A stretch of 63,937 nt of DNA, filler included, from Dimargaris cristalligena (taxonomy: Eukaryota): the NCBI GenBank assembly GCA_003614675.1. It is 3 parts of 3 records of this genome, joined end to end, with 100 filler letters (N's around TTAATTAATTAA, not from the genome) between each part and the next. Parts side by side here need not be neighbours in the genome. Positions count along the whole stretch, not along the records: positions 22,056 to 43,992 come from ML002649.1; positions 44,093 to 63,937 come from ML002716.1; 1 more part is not named here. One strand, written 5' to 3'. The notes under the pieces are model-generated. The model was not told the DNA's origin. It saw only the letters and a list, made by a program, of their open reading frames with translations, and made no database searches. Positions 39,771-54,784 of the stretch are shown here, in pieces. A program made the position numbers and the translations under genes. Numbering within the stretch: the stretch's first letter is position 1; the number at the start of each line of letters is the position of its first letter.

Positions 39771-40664
39771 TTATTTTCTGATAGGACATAGCGCTGCAAC
39801 ATTGGCCTCAATGATTCGGTGCTTAGCCATATTACGGATAAAAGGGTAGGTTTGATCGCGCCATTGCACAACTTCGTTTAAAACATAGGCAATCAATTCT
39901 TCTATGGTGGAAGCGTAAGAGCTGGGCATAGTAGGCCAGGTTCGAATGGTTTCGAGTTCCCCAGGTACCCGCGCCAGCAAATCTTCGATACAGTAATGCT
40001 GTTCCTGCATGGTGCGCCGGTCCACAGCCAAACGACGGAACAGGTCCAAATGTGGAAAGATTTCAGCACAAAAGGTATGTACCATGTCCAACTGCGGAAG
40101 ATATGGGATTGGGCTGCCGGCCTGGCCCGCGTCCTCTCCGCCAATTTCCAAGTTATCGATAAATTGGATTAGTGCCGGTTGAACCGAGGCCACCAGTTGG
40201 AAGAGGGGCTGGACCTTTTGACTGTATTTCGCGCAGTTGGGTAGATATTCCCGGACAATATAGCTGTTTAGGGCCTCCTTGTATTTGAAGAGTAGTCGGG
40301 GAGCGTAGGGGTACATGGTATACAGCCCACGTATATAGTTTAGGCGGCTTTGGTGAATCGTGGCCATATTCCTGGTGGGCTGCTGGGCGGGCACCTGCTC
40401 TGCCACCGGCCTTGCCGGGGGTTCTTTCCGGGAACTAAGATACAGTTCGCCCAAACGAGAGGCCAATTGCGCGGACGGTTCGCTTCCATCGGTAGTCTGC
40501 TGGTCAGTTGGGCCCAATGTACGGCTGTTTAGGTCAAGGTCGTTGGTACGGGACCTTTTTGCTGTATCGAATGAGGCGTCCATCAAGTCCCGTTTTAGGC
40601 CACGATACATGGCCAACGAAACGGACGTTCCGAGCGCCAAAAACAAGAGAGCGTGCCGATACAT
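39771..40664 (-). CDS. Hypothetical secreted protein, 297 aa, single exon
   Basis: Long ORF with a signal-peptide-like start MYRHALLFLALGTSVSLA and a predicted helical C-terminal half. No recognisable family motif. Confidence 0.72.
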   Translation of the reverse strand: MYRHALLFLALGTSVSLAMYRGLKRDLMDASFDTAKRSRTNDLDLNSRTLGPTDQQTTDGSEPSAQLASRLGELYLSSRKEPPARPVAEQVPAQQPTRNMATIHQSRLNYIRGLYTMYPYAPRLLFKYKEALNSYIVREYLPNCAKYSQKVQPLFQLVASVQPALIQFIDNLEIGGEDAGQAGSPIPYLPQLDMVHTFCAEIFPHLDLFRRLAVDRRTMQEQHYCIEDLLARVPGELETIRTWPTMPSSYASTIEELIAYVLNEVVQWRDQTYPFIRNMAKHRIIEANVAALCPIRK

Positions 40665-41672
40665 AGGGGCAGTGGGTTCGGAGAAAGTGGCTGGGTTAAA
40701 GTATGTCGGATAGTGTTCCTGGGGGACTGCCCAGCACTATTAATGATGCAGAAAGTACTAGAAAGGAAAGAATGATATAATGCAGCTTAAACCAGGCTGT
40801 TACCCATATCAATAAAACATTTAAACGGCAATTTGTGTTTACTCTAATGCTAATACATAGCAGGAATATAGATGGAACGCAACGGGCGACAATAGCAATT
40901 GTAGGGAGGGGGGAGTAAAAGAAAGAAATGTTAAAAAAGGTTGAAATTAAGCATGCTGGCTTATTTATAAATGATAATCCCCAAATAAGAGAGCAAAGAC
41001 GCCGCTCTTAAGAAGTAGAGTTGTGTTAGTAGTGGAAGGGAGGATAGATTGGGTATTTTTATAAAAGCCGGCTATTTTAATAGTTGTTGGGCAATGATAA
41101 TCTAATACTTCATTAAATGGAAAGGCGCAAGGAGAGGGAGGCAGAGGGTTTTCCTTAGTCTGGCGGTATTCAATCGAGGGCTTAGGTCACCCCGATGCCT
41201 CTTGTCTTACGTTAGGTGTTACGGTAAAGGTAAAGCAACGGGCCAGTAATACCTTTTAAATTGGAGGATACTTTAGGTACGACGGATATCTACACCACAA
41301 AAAAACCCCTCTCCTCGGCAAGAAGGTCCTTTTGCCGTGCTATATAGACGAGCGAACACTAGTCGTCGGAACAGCCAGTCTCAGTGGTGGTGGTTAAGCT
41401 TGGCTGGGACTGGCTAGGCGAATAGAAGGAAAGCAAGAGTGAAAATGCAAGGGAGTATCGTAGGCATATGCGAATGTGAGGATCCACCCCACACCAGCCT
41501 TAGAATGCCGCGCGCTTCTCCGTTTTCCTTCCGGAGCGTATTATATACCTTGAATCGCCCCGAAAACAGCGGTGTTGCCAGGCTACTCCGCCTTTACCCC
41601 TTTTCCTTAACATCCGCGCTCTCGAGCTACCCATCCATTCGCCGCCGATTCCCTCTCACCCTTGACTCTAGC

Positions 41673-43530
41673 ATGGAGTCCGCTCAGCCCAGGTCCCCTC
41701 TAACAACCCCGTTGGCCAGTCCACCGTCCCCCGCCGAAAGCATCGATGATAGTTGGTACCACGATGCACAAAAGTACTGGGAGGTAGGTATTGCTTCATA
41801 GCCAATTTAGTATGTTTTGACCCACCAATTCTTTTCTTGTCAGGCTTTATTCAATGGGGTCTACCACCCACCCTGTGCTTATCGACTGGTCTAGGTTTCG
41901 GCGCCCCGATACCCACGGCCAAACAAAGTCCTTCCCGTCTACTCTTTCGGGGTTTTTTAGGAAGCAGACAATGCTAATTTCCTCGGGGTCAATTTATCTG
42001 CGATCCTACACCCACTCATCAATTAACATTTCCTGGTACATTGATGGGTCTTTAACTCACCTATACCAACCCCCCTCTTATATCCTTCAACCCATTACCA
42101 ATCTACAAATAAGGATATCCCAGCGACAGTTGATGGTGTACTAGGTGGGTTTGCGGTCCTTGATAAGCCTGATATAGTTGGTTCCTTACAATTTATCAGC
42201 TCTTTCATCGCTAGTAAGGATAAGCCGCCCGGCGCTCGGCTTATTTCCCGTGATTGTGCCTGCGGTAAGTCTATCTAAACCATGCTGATCCAAATGTCAC
42301 CGACCCATCTCTAAACCATCCCAAATGACACACGAATGAGCAGAGTAGCGGATTGCCTTTTGGGGTTGTTTTGATGCGTTGATGGCTAGGCCAACGGCTA
42401 TAAGGCCACACCAGAACCAGCCAAGCTACCACCGCCCTTATGGATAATACTATTGATGGTGCATTTATTTAACTAATCGGTACTACTGACCTGTGCTGCC
42501 GGGGGGGGGGGCTAACTAGACTGCGGGGCCGGTATTGGTCGGATTACCAAAGGCCTCCTCGCCAAGATATTCGCCCAGGTCGATTTAGTCGAACAGGATG
42601 CCAATTTCGCCCAAACGGCCCGCGATACGTTTCTCTGCGAGGAATACCAACGGGGGAAAATCGGCCAAATCTACGTGGAGGGGCTGCAATCCTTCAACCC
42701 CGAACCGGCTAAATACAGCGCCATTTGGTGCCAGTGGGTTCTGGGCCACCTTACCGACGGTTAGTGCAGCTATTTCCTGGATGGCACCTGGTTATTGGGA
42801 ACTTTCCTTTTGAACCCCGCATAACTTCAATACTTCTCCGTTTAGTAATTTTCCATGGTATACGGGAATGGGGGGGGGGATTATCCCAGCGACAGCCTTA
42901 CTAATATCAGGTTACGTCATCGGATATGTGTGATTGGCACTGATGCATGTTTGGGGGGGTTGGTTATCCACTAGATGATTTGGTTCGGTTTTTCCAGCGT
43001 TGTCAGAAAGGTCTCAAATCCGACGGGTTAATATTTGTCAAGGAGAATGTCGCTCCTGTGCAAGCAATTATCGATTCTAGCGATAGCAGCGTAACGAGGT
43101 AAGCTAGCCATCCCAAACCAAAGTATTCCCCTTGAATTATACACTACGCCCCCTGACTTGGGTGCACGGTTACTCCGCTGGCGCCTCTTAATCACACCAT
43201 TTTGTTATGTGACTATCATATAATACTGTTAGGACGGATCCGGAACAACTTGCCCTATTCGAAAAAGCAGGCCTAAAGGTCATTAAGCGCTCGGTTCAAA
43301 AGGGTTTCCCGAAGAATATCTTCGCGGTGCATATGTAGGTTACCCCAACCCGGATTGGTTTCTGAATCCGCTGAAATTTATGTAGCTGGTTTGCCAACGA
43401 CGTGAGGGACTTGTTGCCGCTGGTTATTACTAACAGCCCTGCTTCACGGGAGCCCAAACCTCCTCCATGGTGTTTACTGTTTTGTACTGATGATTCCAGG
43501 TATGCATTGGAGCCCCAAAACCGTGAGTAG
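41673..43530 (+). CDS. TAE1: Alpha-N-terminal protein methyltransferase (Ntm1/Tae1, NTMT1 family), 252 aa; exons 41673-41783, 42114-42264, 42520-42759, 42975-43098, 43233-43334, 43500-43530
   Basis: The spliced product has [87 protein letters not shown]. Mostly missed by the ORF track. Confidence 0.92.
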
Positions 43531-43992
43531 TCCCGGCCCAGCCGACCAGGTCGCGGTGGTGCATATCCCGCGTGGGCAAACAGCTGCAGCTTCGCCCTTT
43601 CTTCAACAGCCATTCCCTCTTGGGTGAGGTCATTAACAATCCAGATGCGAGTAGCTCTTCCTATATTTACGGCATGTCACTAAAGCGTAGGACCATGTCC
43701 CACCACCCTAGGCGAACCTGGTGTTCTCTTCCATTTTAATTGGAACCATATAAAGATAAATTATAAGCAACCTAGGCTTTGTTCAGCCAGAAGGGTCAAT
43801 TTTTGGAACAACAATAATAGGGGGAGGCTTAATGAAGCCGTCGGGACCGGGTGTGGAACGAGAACAGTCCAAACATGTACAACGATGCTAGTTGCACCAC
43901 CACTACCACTGCATTACTGCACGAGTCGTGCTGTAATATCGGCTTCTACAATAGCAGGGACGCCCCCCCTCTCTCCGTTCTCCATGTGTACA

Positions 43993-44092
43993 NNNNNNNN
44001 NNNNNNNNNNNNNNNNNNNNNNNNNNNNNNNNNNNNTTAATTAATTAANNNNNNNNNNNNNNNNNNNNNNNNNNNNNNNNNNNNNNNNNNNN
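43993..44092. other. Artificial contig spacer (44 N + TTAATTAATTAA + 44 N)
   Basis: Identical in structure to the spacer at 21956-22055. Confidence 0.97.
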
Positions 44093-46385
44093 GATTACGG
44101 ACGTTGTTCGAGGCGGTAAAGGCCTGGATTAAAGTAACAGCATGGTAGAAACGGATATCGAATTCGGGGCGGTCGTGCAGGGAAGTAAGGAGGGCGACTG
44201 ATTCGTCGGTTCGACCCAACTGTTCAAAAGACTGAAGCACATTCACGTAGGCCACGGCCGGTAGTAGGGCCCCATTTTTTGTCAGCCGGTGCTGGTAAAT
44301 TCGGTACCGCTCACAGACCAGGGTGTAGTCGGTTCGCATAAAGGCATCGGCGATCATGACCGCCACCACCACCCCGTCCGGCCCACCGGTCTGATCCTCG
44401 AACCGTTGGATCATTTGGTCCGCCCGCTGGTGTAGGCCCAACCGGCTGAATTCAAAGAGGAATTTGGTTTGGACCTTAACATTGTCTCGCAGGGGGCTCG
44501 CCGTGAAGTGATTAAAGATGGTCTCGAGCAAGGCGATATCCTGCCGTTGGCTGAGGGCCCCGATGATGGCGAAGTAGGTCTTTTCAGTGGGTTGGAGTCC
44601 CTTGGTGATCATTTCCCGGAATATGAGCATGGCCCGCCGGGGTTGGTCGAAAATAATGAAAGCACGAATGATAATGGCATAGTTGTAGACGTTCAGGGCA
44701 ATTCCGCAGCGGGTCATCTCCTCATAGAGCAAGAAAAAGGTCTGCTCTTTCCGAAACTTGGCGCACTTGTCGAGAAGTCCACCAACAATGGTTTGGTCCA
44801 GGACGAGGGGGTTTTCGGGGAGCTGTTGGAGGCGCCGGAGGAGGGAATACGCTTGGTCAATATAACCCAGCAGGCCTAGGGCCTCGAGGATCCGCCGCTG
44901 GTTGAGGGGGGTCAGTTCTTCAATACGGGGCTCCAGCCGTAGATACATAACGGACACCAGTGAGGGCTGTTCGTCCCGGGCCAGGGCGCTTAGAAGAATG
45001 ACCTGGGAGGCCGGGTTGAGCTGAATCCTATGGGTGCCAATGTAGTGGTATATATCGGGTGCGGCGGTGTAGCGTCGGAGACGGTGGCACAGCGCAACGA
45101 TCATAAAAATCTCGTAACCACCGATCATGGGCACCGGGGGTTTGATTCGCCAAAGAAGCCGCAGGGCCAGGTCGAGGGTGGATAAGGGCATCAGCGAGTG
45201 TATGACCAGCCGTATCGAGTCTAGACTGGCAGTGGGAAGGGCATCTAGAAAAGCGGGGAACAGAGTCTCCACCTGGGCCCGATTCATCGCCTGGGACGCC
45301 TTCGCGATGGACTGGGCTATGGTCAGGGCTTTGGTGAGCTGATTCGGATTCGGGGTGGGCAAGGTCCAGCCACGACCTGTTTTAGGGGTTTCTGATCTAG
45401 ATGGAGGGAAAAAGGGTTTGGGGGTTGGACGGGGCATGGGTGCAAAGGGAGGTGATGGGGGTTTTGGAGAGAGGGTGTCACCAACAGACGGCGGCGGCTG
45501 TATTATTTCCGGGACAGCTATGGTTTCGGCCATCCCTTCAGTCGCGGAGGGTGGTGGTTTTGGCAGGGTTTTTGGTGCGGCCTTGGATTTAGTCGATGGT
45601 TTGGTATCGCTTGGGGCAACTCGGTTTTCTAGCTTACTATCATCTTCAGCTAAGAGGCGTACATTATATACAGGATCGGGAGTGGGAATCCTCTCCCAGG
45701 CGGGGGTATCATCCAGGGCCGGGGCCGTCGGATCTAGCAACTCCGGCGGAATCGGGATATTGCCCCGTAACGTCATAACGGGGACACCGAATGCCATATC
45801 CGGGCGGTTGTCCGGCCTTTGGACTTTACGTTCGGAGGCGGGGAGGGCGATTTCCGCCTGTCTGATGATTTTATCGGGGATGGGTTTCCTAAACCAAATG
45901 GGGATATCGTCCGGAAGGGACAGTTCGGTAATGCCGTCTAACCCGTCTTGATTGGGGTCTCGCTCGAGGTATTTTAAATGGGGTGGTTTGGCCTTCTTCT
46001 TTTTACGCGGGCCCTTTTTAGACTTGGTGTTCGATGTGGCCTCGGCCACCGGGTCGGCGATAGGATAACGTTCCCAGGCAGGGATATCATCCGCGGGCTC
46101 GGAGGTGAATACGATATTTGGGGGTATTTTGGGTTCGGGGTTGGCCGAGAAACCGGAATCCGCGGGAGTTTCCCTGGAGGTGTGGGGAGATCGGTGACCG
46201 TCGGCGTTGGGAAGTTTGGCGGATTTTGGTCGAGCTCGGGAGGTGGATTTTAAACGTACTATAGGGGTGATCAGCGAACGGGGTGGGCCAAACGAGTCGG
46301 AGCACTGGACAAGTACCCATGTGCAAGTCCGCATGGGAAGGCGATCAGTTATCCGGCGCCATGGGGTTATTCCGGGGGGCGACAT
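44093..46385 (-). CDS. Pentatricopeptide-repeat (PPR) protein, probably mitochondrial; 3' end truncated by the spacer, start uncertain
   Basis: 35-aa repeats such as YNYAIIIRAFIIFDQPRRAMLIFREMITKGLQPTE, KTYFAIIGALSQRQDIALLETIFNHF and LLDKCAKFRKEQTFFLLYEEMTRCGIALNV. Arg/Ser/Thr-rich N-terminus. First ATG at 46385 with an in-frame TAG upstream at 46440-46442. Confidence 0.8.
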
Positions 46386-47335
46386 TGAGCCACGCCGATC
46401 AGTGTAGGGGAGTGCGTGTCGGTGACCCACGCTTGCTCGCTAGCCTGACCAGTGATGTGGGGTCAACTCCGAGGCGCAGGGTGCGGGTATGCCGAAGTAG
46501 ATTGGGATATAAAGAGCAGGGGACGAGAGCGCTGAATGGGCGTAATGAAACGATGGCGGCTCACCGCTGAATATTAATAGAGTGAATCAGGGTGGAGAGG
46601 GGGTTATTTTATAAGGTCGCGGGCTCCAAGTTAACTGTGGGATTCAAAGTCGTGGGCGGGGGGGATAAGTTGGCTGATTCAGCGGGTGCGAACATAGCGG
46701 AGGTGCATTCCCGATTGGCAGCTCGAACAGAATAAATAATGCAAGTTAAAGGAATGGATAACCGGGGCTTGAATCTACAACAAGTGCGTGAGGTGATCAG
46801 TAGGCGAATGGATCAGCAAACTGCGATGTAGTCTGGGGCACTACAGAGAGCCGGAGGAGCTTAGTGGTGTAGGCTGGGCACTTGGATACCGAAATTTTTC
46901 AATGTTTCGCTGTACCTGCACTAAAGGATCAGCCTCATTACCTTCAAATAGGAAATTCGGTATTACGGGTAAATTATGCGAGATATGAGAAGACTCATGC
47001 TGCGTCCTTTCAGGACCTCTAACGCTAAAATCAATTAAGAACTGTCATTGACATTTCAACAGGCCCGACAATGAACATATTTTAATTTGATTTTTGTGAT
47101 GGGGATCTTCGGCACCTTGGGTAATGAATATGTAAGTACATATATTCTAATCAACAACGTCAGTAAAAGTCAGCGTCGATATCCTGGTAACAAAGCTGTA
47201 CTCTACTGACATACATTTATTATTAGCAGAGATTTTTATAAAATGGGAGTACTGTCGATTCTGATTTATTGTGGGAAGCCAAGGGGGCACATCCATAGAC
47301 TGTTGCAAGTGATATTATAGCTCCAAAGAAAAGGA

Positions 47336-48438
47336 TCAGGGCGGCAAAGTCAGTTTAGAGTCCACAATGGCCCGGGCCAATGTATTAAATGCTTCGTTCG
47401 TTAAGTCCTGCGGCCGTAAATTACCGTCCATCTGGCACTGATCCAGCACGGCGGGGGCCTCGGAGTCTAAATTCTTCATGATCCGACGGAGCGTTTTCCG
47501 CCGGGAACTAAATAGAAACCGACTGACATGTTCCAGCTCGGGAAAGGTCACTTTCAAGAGGGATTCCCGGAGGGGTACTAGATGCACCACCGCCGCATCC
47601 ACTTTTGGGCGCGGTACGAAGCTATCGGCGGGCACGCGGTAGACCAGATTGGTGTGGCATAGACTCTGAGCGGCTACCGAGAGGCGGCCCCGCGGCGAAG
47701 TGGACACGGGGGCCACAATTCGCTCCGCCACTTCCTTCTGAAACATAAGCGTCATGGAAGTTTCGAAGGACGCGAAGATCCCCGTTCGGGCCGAGAGGCC
47801 GCCCAGCCACTGGGCTAGTAATGGAGTAGCCACGCTGAAGGGCAAATTGCCCAAAATATGAACCTGCTTAATCTTGGTTTGGGGTATGGTCAGACCCAGC
47901 GCCTTTAAAATATCGTCATGCTGCACGGTCAACATATCGCCCTGAATCACCTTTAGCCTCGAATCGGACGCATCGGCGAGCTGCGAAAGAGTCGGTAGAA
48001 ACCGTGAATCCTTCTCCACGGCGACCATGTTCTCGATACCCAGGTCCAGCAAAGATCGCGTAAGTAGACCAGGGCCCGGTCCAACTTCGACAATTACCGA
48101 CTCGGAGGGGCCAATGTCTGCACATCTAGCGATTTTGTCTGATAGGGTGTACAAAATAATATAGGATATTATGAGGCAAGTGTGAGTAACCCGGCCTAGG
48201 GGTGTTTAAATTCCCTGAGATCAAATTCAGTCTAGAATTCGTTTAATCATGGGGGTTTTAATGCAAGTGCCATCTAGATTGCCTTGCATCTATAATACCA
48301 CCTTCGGAATTGAATTTATTTACCTGTAATGTTTTTGTCCAGAATAAAGTTTTGACTTAGCTGCGACTGGGCCGAGAGCCCGTAAAGCTTGATAAGGTCG
48401 CGGACAGCCGGTAACCGGGGCAAAGGTCGAACACCCAT
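47336..48438 (-). CDS. Mitochondrial rRNA adenine dimethyltransferase, TFB1M-like (KsgA/Dim1 family), 305 aa; exons 48438-48324, 48138-47336
   Basis: [38 protein letters not shown] (TFB1M-type N-terminus), SAM motif VEVGPGPGLLTRSLL, AVEKDSRF, ILGNLPFSVATPL, MTLMFQKEVAERIVA, FVPRPKVDAAVV, FSSRRKTL. Confidence 0.9.
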
Positions 48439-48988
48439 GGTGAAAATACACTGTCGAAGGGAACGGAACTAACGAGGGAGGGAAATGGGGTAGTGGGTGG
48501 GGTCTTGGTCTGAATGTCTAATAACAGGAGTAGCCAATGCAGGTATAAGGTCCGAGTATAAGGGTGCAATGGCATGAAGTAGAGGCGAATTCCGCAAAGT
48601 TCTTTTTTTTTTGTTGTAATGTGATGTGCTTAGAATGTTGTATGCCCACTGACACGATTCTCGGCTAGATCGTCCGGGCCGCTACTCCCAGGCAGTAGCA
48701 GCCCAACCCTTCACATAATCCATTGGGTGCCAGGACAGCCAATAGGCGGATTGTATACGGGGAACCCATTGAACGACAAACAGGCCTAGCCGCTGCCTTC
48801 AAGTCGAATTCATGGCCTCCACTTTACCATTGCGCGCCGTTAATTCTTGACTTTGTATCGTTTGTTTATTACCCCACTCAACGACACGACTTGCTCGTCC
48901 TTTGGCTTCTGTTAACCACACTACCGAGTCGCTGTAAGGCCACCGGGGCCTATTTAGACTTCTCCCATTGTTCTGCCGAAAATACCCC
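48439..48988. promoter_or_regulatory. Putative bidirectional promoter between the TFB1M-like and AlaRS genes
   Basis: 550 nt separate the two divergent ATGs. ATTGG (~48722) and CCAAT (~48739) occur in opposite orientations. Positional inference only. Confidence 0.4.
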
Positions 48989-52647
<3,659 letters not shown>

Positions 52648-52925
52648 AATAATTCAACCGCATCCTTAACTACTTTACAAACATATTGCGCCGCTAAATA
52701 TAGCTTAATTGCTTTTTACAATTTATAAATTTTACTAACCACTCCAAACTCCCTTTTGCTTTGCTATTACCAATCATCATAGTAAATTTGAACCACTGAT
52801 TTATAATAAAATGCATATGGGGAAATAGGTGGGAACCGTTTTTGGTCAATAGCATGTACCTTATCAACCGAGTTGCTTGCTTTAGAATTTGGTTGAATCT
52901 CAAACATACGTAATACTTAGCCGAG

Positions 52926-53069
52926 AATATAGCTGGAATTAGGTACAGCTATGTAAGGATTTAAATGACGCGAATAGGATAATAGGTGGGATTTTCATTT
53001 TATATCGGCATAACTTGCTTCATCCAACGAGGGTTTCATTATACATCCTGTTTGAACCTTTCCTACATA
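52926..53069 (+). mobile_element. MITE-like ~145-nt element, copy C (more diverged)
   Basis: AATATAGCTGGAATTAGGTACAGCTATGTAAGG...CATCCAACGAGGGTTTCATTATACATCCTGTTTGAACCTTTCCTACATA is colinear with the other copies and the same length. Confidence 0.55.
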
Positions 53070-53576
53070 GTACCTCACCTAATACACATCCCCAAAACGT
53101 ACTTTTTTCTAGTATATTAAGCAGTTAAAATGTAATCGATTCTTAAATAAACAAGTTTATTACGGAAATAACTATACAAAAACACTAAAAAGGTTCCCAA
53201 GTAGCCTTACTAGGTTCTTCTGCGCAGATTATAAAGCTCAACCATACTGCCATTAGCTGATGTCGGCTTGATAATCGTTATTTAATTTCTCATTGGCATA
53301 GTACGAACTTGGCATTCTTAAGTCTGAGGCATTTCTTCCATTAAAAACTCCTGGCAATTTTAAAATGATTAGTATAATTCTGGTACAATTAAATAATATG
53401 TATTATAGGTAAACCCCACTATGAAGTCGCTGTATAGCGCATTGTGTCAATAGTGGTCAAATGCAATAGATTTTATATAGTTTATTGCAAAAATAAAAAC
53501 GAAAATAACCTCCCAGAACTAGTGGGAGGCGAGAACACTTGGGTTTGATGATAACCAAGGAGGCTAAATCCGTCCG

Positions 53577-54657
53577 TCCTACTAGTTGTTGAATTAGCCC
53601 TGTTATTGACCATGTAGACTGTTATAATAGTATAAAACTACTATACACCAATGGTACTGGACTTAGGTTATCAGCAGCTGGAGTAACAGCACATACTATA
53701 CCATAGTGATCTCCAAATTGTAGCCAAGTGTATTTAGTCATTTATTCTATTTAGTTCACTGTTGGACCATCTAAACCTCTTTAATCCAGATGCCTTAGTA
53801 TCCATCCCTAATAGGCCTTATAGCACCATATTAACCTTCCTGTAGTCACTCCTGGTACTATGGAATCATCCTATATTATTTAACCATTCCCCTTCTGGAC
53901 TCTACCCTTTACACTAATCACTCAAATGCTGATCTAAAGACTCTTCTAGTCACCCTTAGAGTCTTCTGGATACTAGTGACTATCCAGTTAGCCTATTTAC
54001 CTATACCTTAGTCTTAGTAGCATTCCCCTTAGGACCTCCCACTGGAGTTGTCCCTACATATATATAACTGGGCCCCATTAGGACAAGTTAGATTCCTTAG
54101 CTTATTCTTACCCCTAGTTTACCCCCAATAAACTTTATATATACTCACTCCCCTCATACTGACTAGTAAGTATGCCCCCTGCATATATCTTGCCTATACC
54201 AAATACTAGTAGCCCACTTAACTGAGCCTAAGCCCCACCTACTATTAGAAGCCTACCCTTGGGACTCTTGATGGACTAAAAGTAGTTAACTTGGGTGATA
54301 TCCTACTAATACACAAATAAACTGTTGCTAGGTAATTCCACTAATATTTATCTATGGAAATGATATTAGAGGGTTAATAGGGTCCCCAAACTCAAGGGTT
54401 CTGTATGGCTGTTTAGATTGCACTTAGGTAATAGACATTTGGCCTTAGTTGAACATGATTTTATTATGGGAGTCTTGGGAGGTTTGAAGGTGATTGAATA
54501 TTTTACCATCCCTGTAATACCCATGACAAGCAATTGGACCCAGCCTCTTAGTATTTTTTATTGGATTGCCTATAAATATCCAGCCCCACTTGCTATTCCT
54601 CTGGAAGTTCCTGCCATACATACTAAAAGCCCTGGCTGGAGATATTTTGGTGAAATT
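53577..54657. pseudogene. CpG-free, TpA-rich degenerate sequence (probable mutated transposon or duplicated-gene relic)
   Basis: I found no CG dinucleotide in these 1081 nt although C and G are common. CTA/TAG/TA are frequent, and the forward frames I translated are broken by scattered TAA/TAG. No family could be recognised. Confidence 0.5.
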
Positions 54658-54784
54658 CGCCTCAGTTATATAAGGTATTAAATGATGTGTACCAGAATAG
54701 GCAGGAGCTTCATTTTTAACCAGGAATGTTTGCCCCATTCAACGGATTTTTCGTTATATAGTCTAGTTGAACGTCTCTCATATA
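54642..54784 (+). mobile_element. MITE-like ~145-nt element, copy D
   Basis: ATATTTTGGTGAAATTCGCCTCAGTTATATAAGG...TTTTTAACCAGGAATGTTTGCCCCATTCAACGGATTTTTCGTTATATAGTCTAGTTGAACGTCTCTCATATA. Confidence 0.65.

Noticed and set aside
53509..53529. Hairpin CCTCCCA-GAACTAG-TGGGAGG near the edge of the CpG-free block as a Helitron 3' end
   Set aside because: Only a 7-bp stem with no correctly spaced CTRR terminus; insufficient evidence.
52926..54784. Repeat copies C and D as the two LTRs of a retroelement enclosing the CpG-free block
   Set aside because: The copies are highly diverged from each other, lack TG...CA ends, and have internal inverted ends; no PBS, PPT or gag/pol motif was seen.
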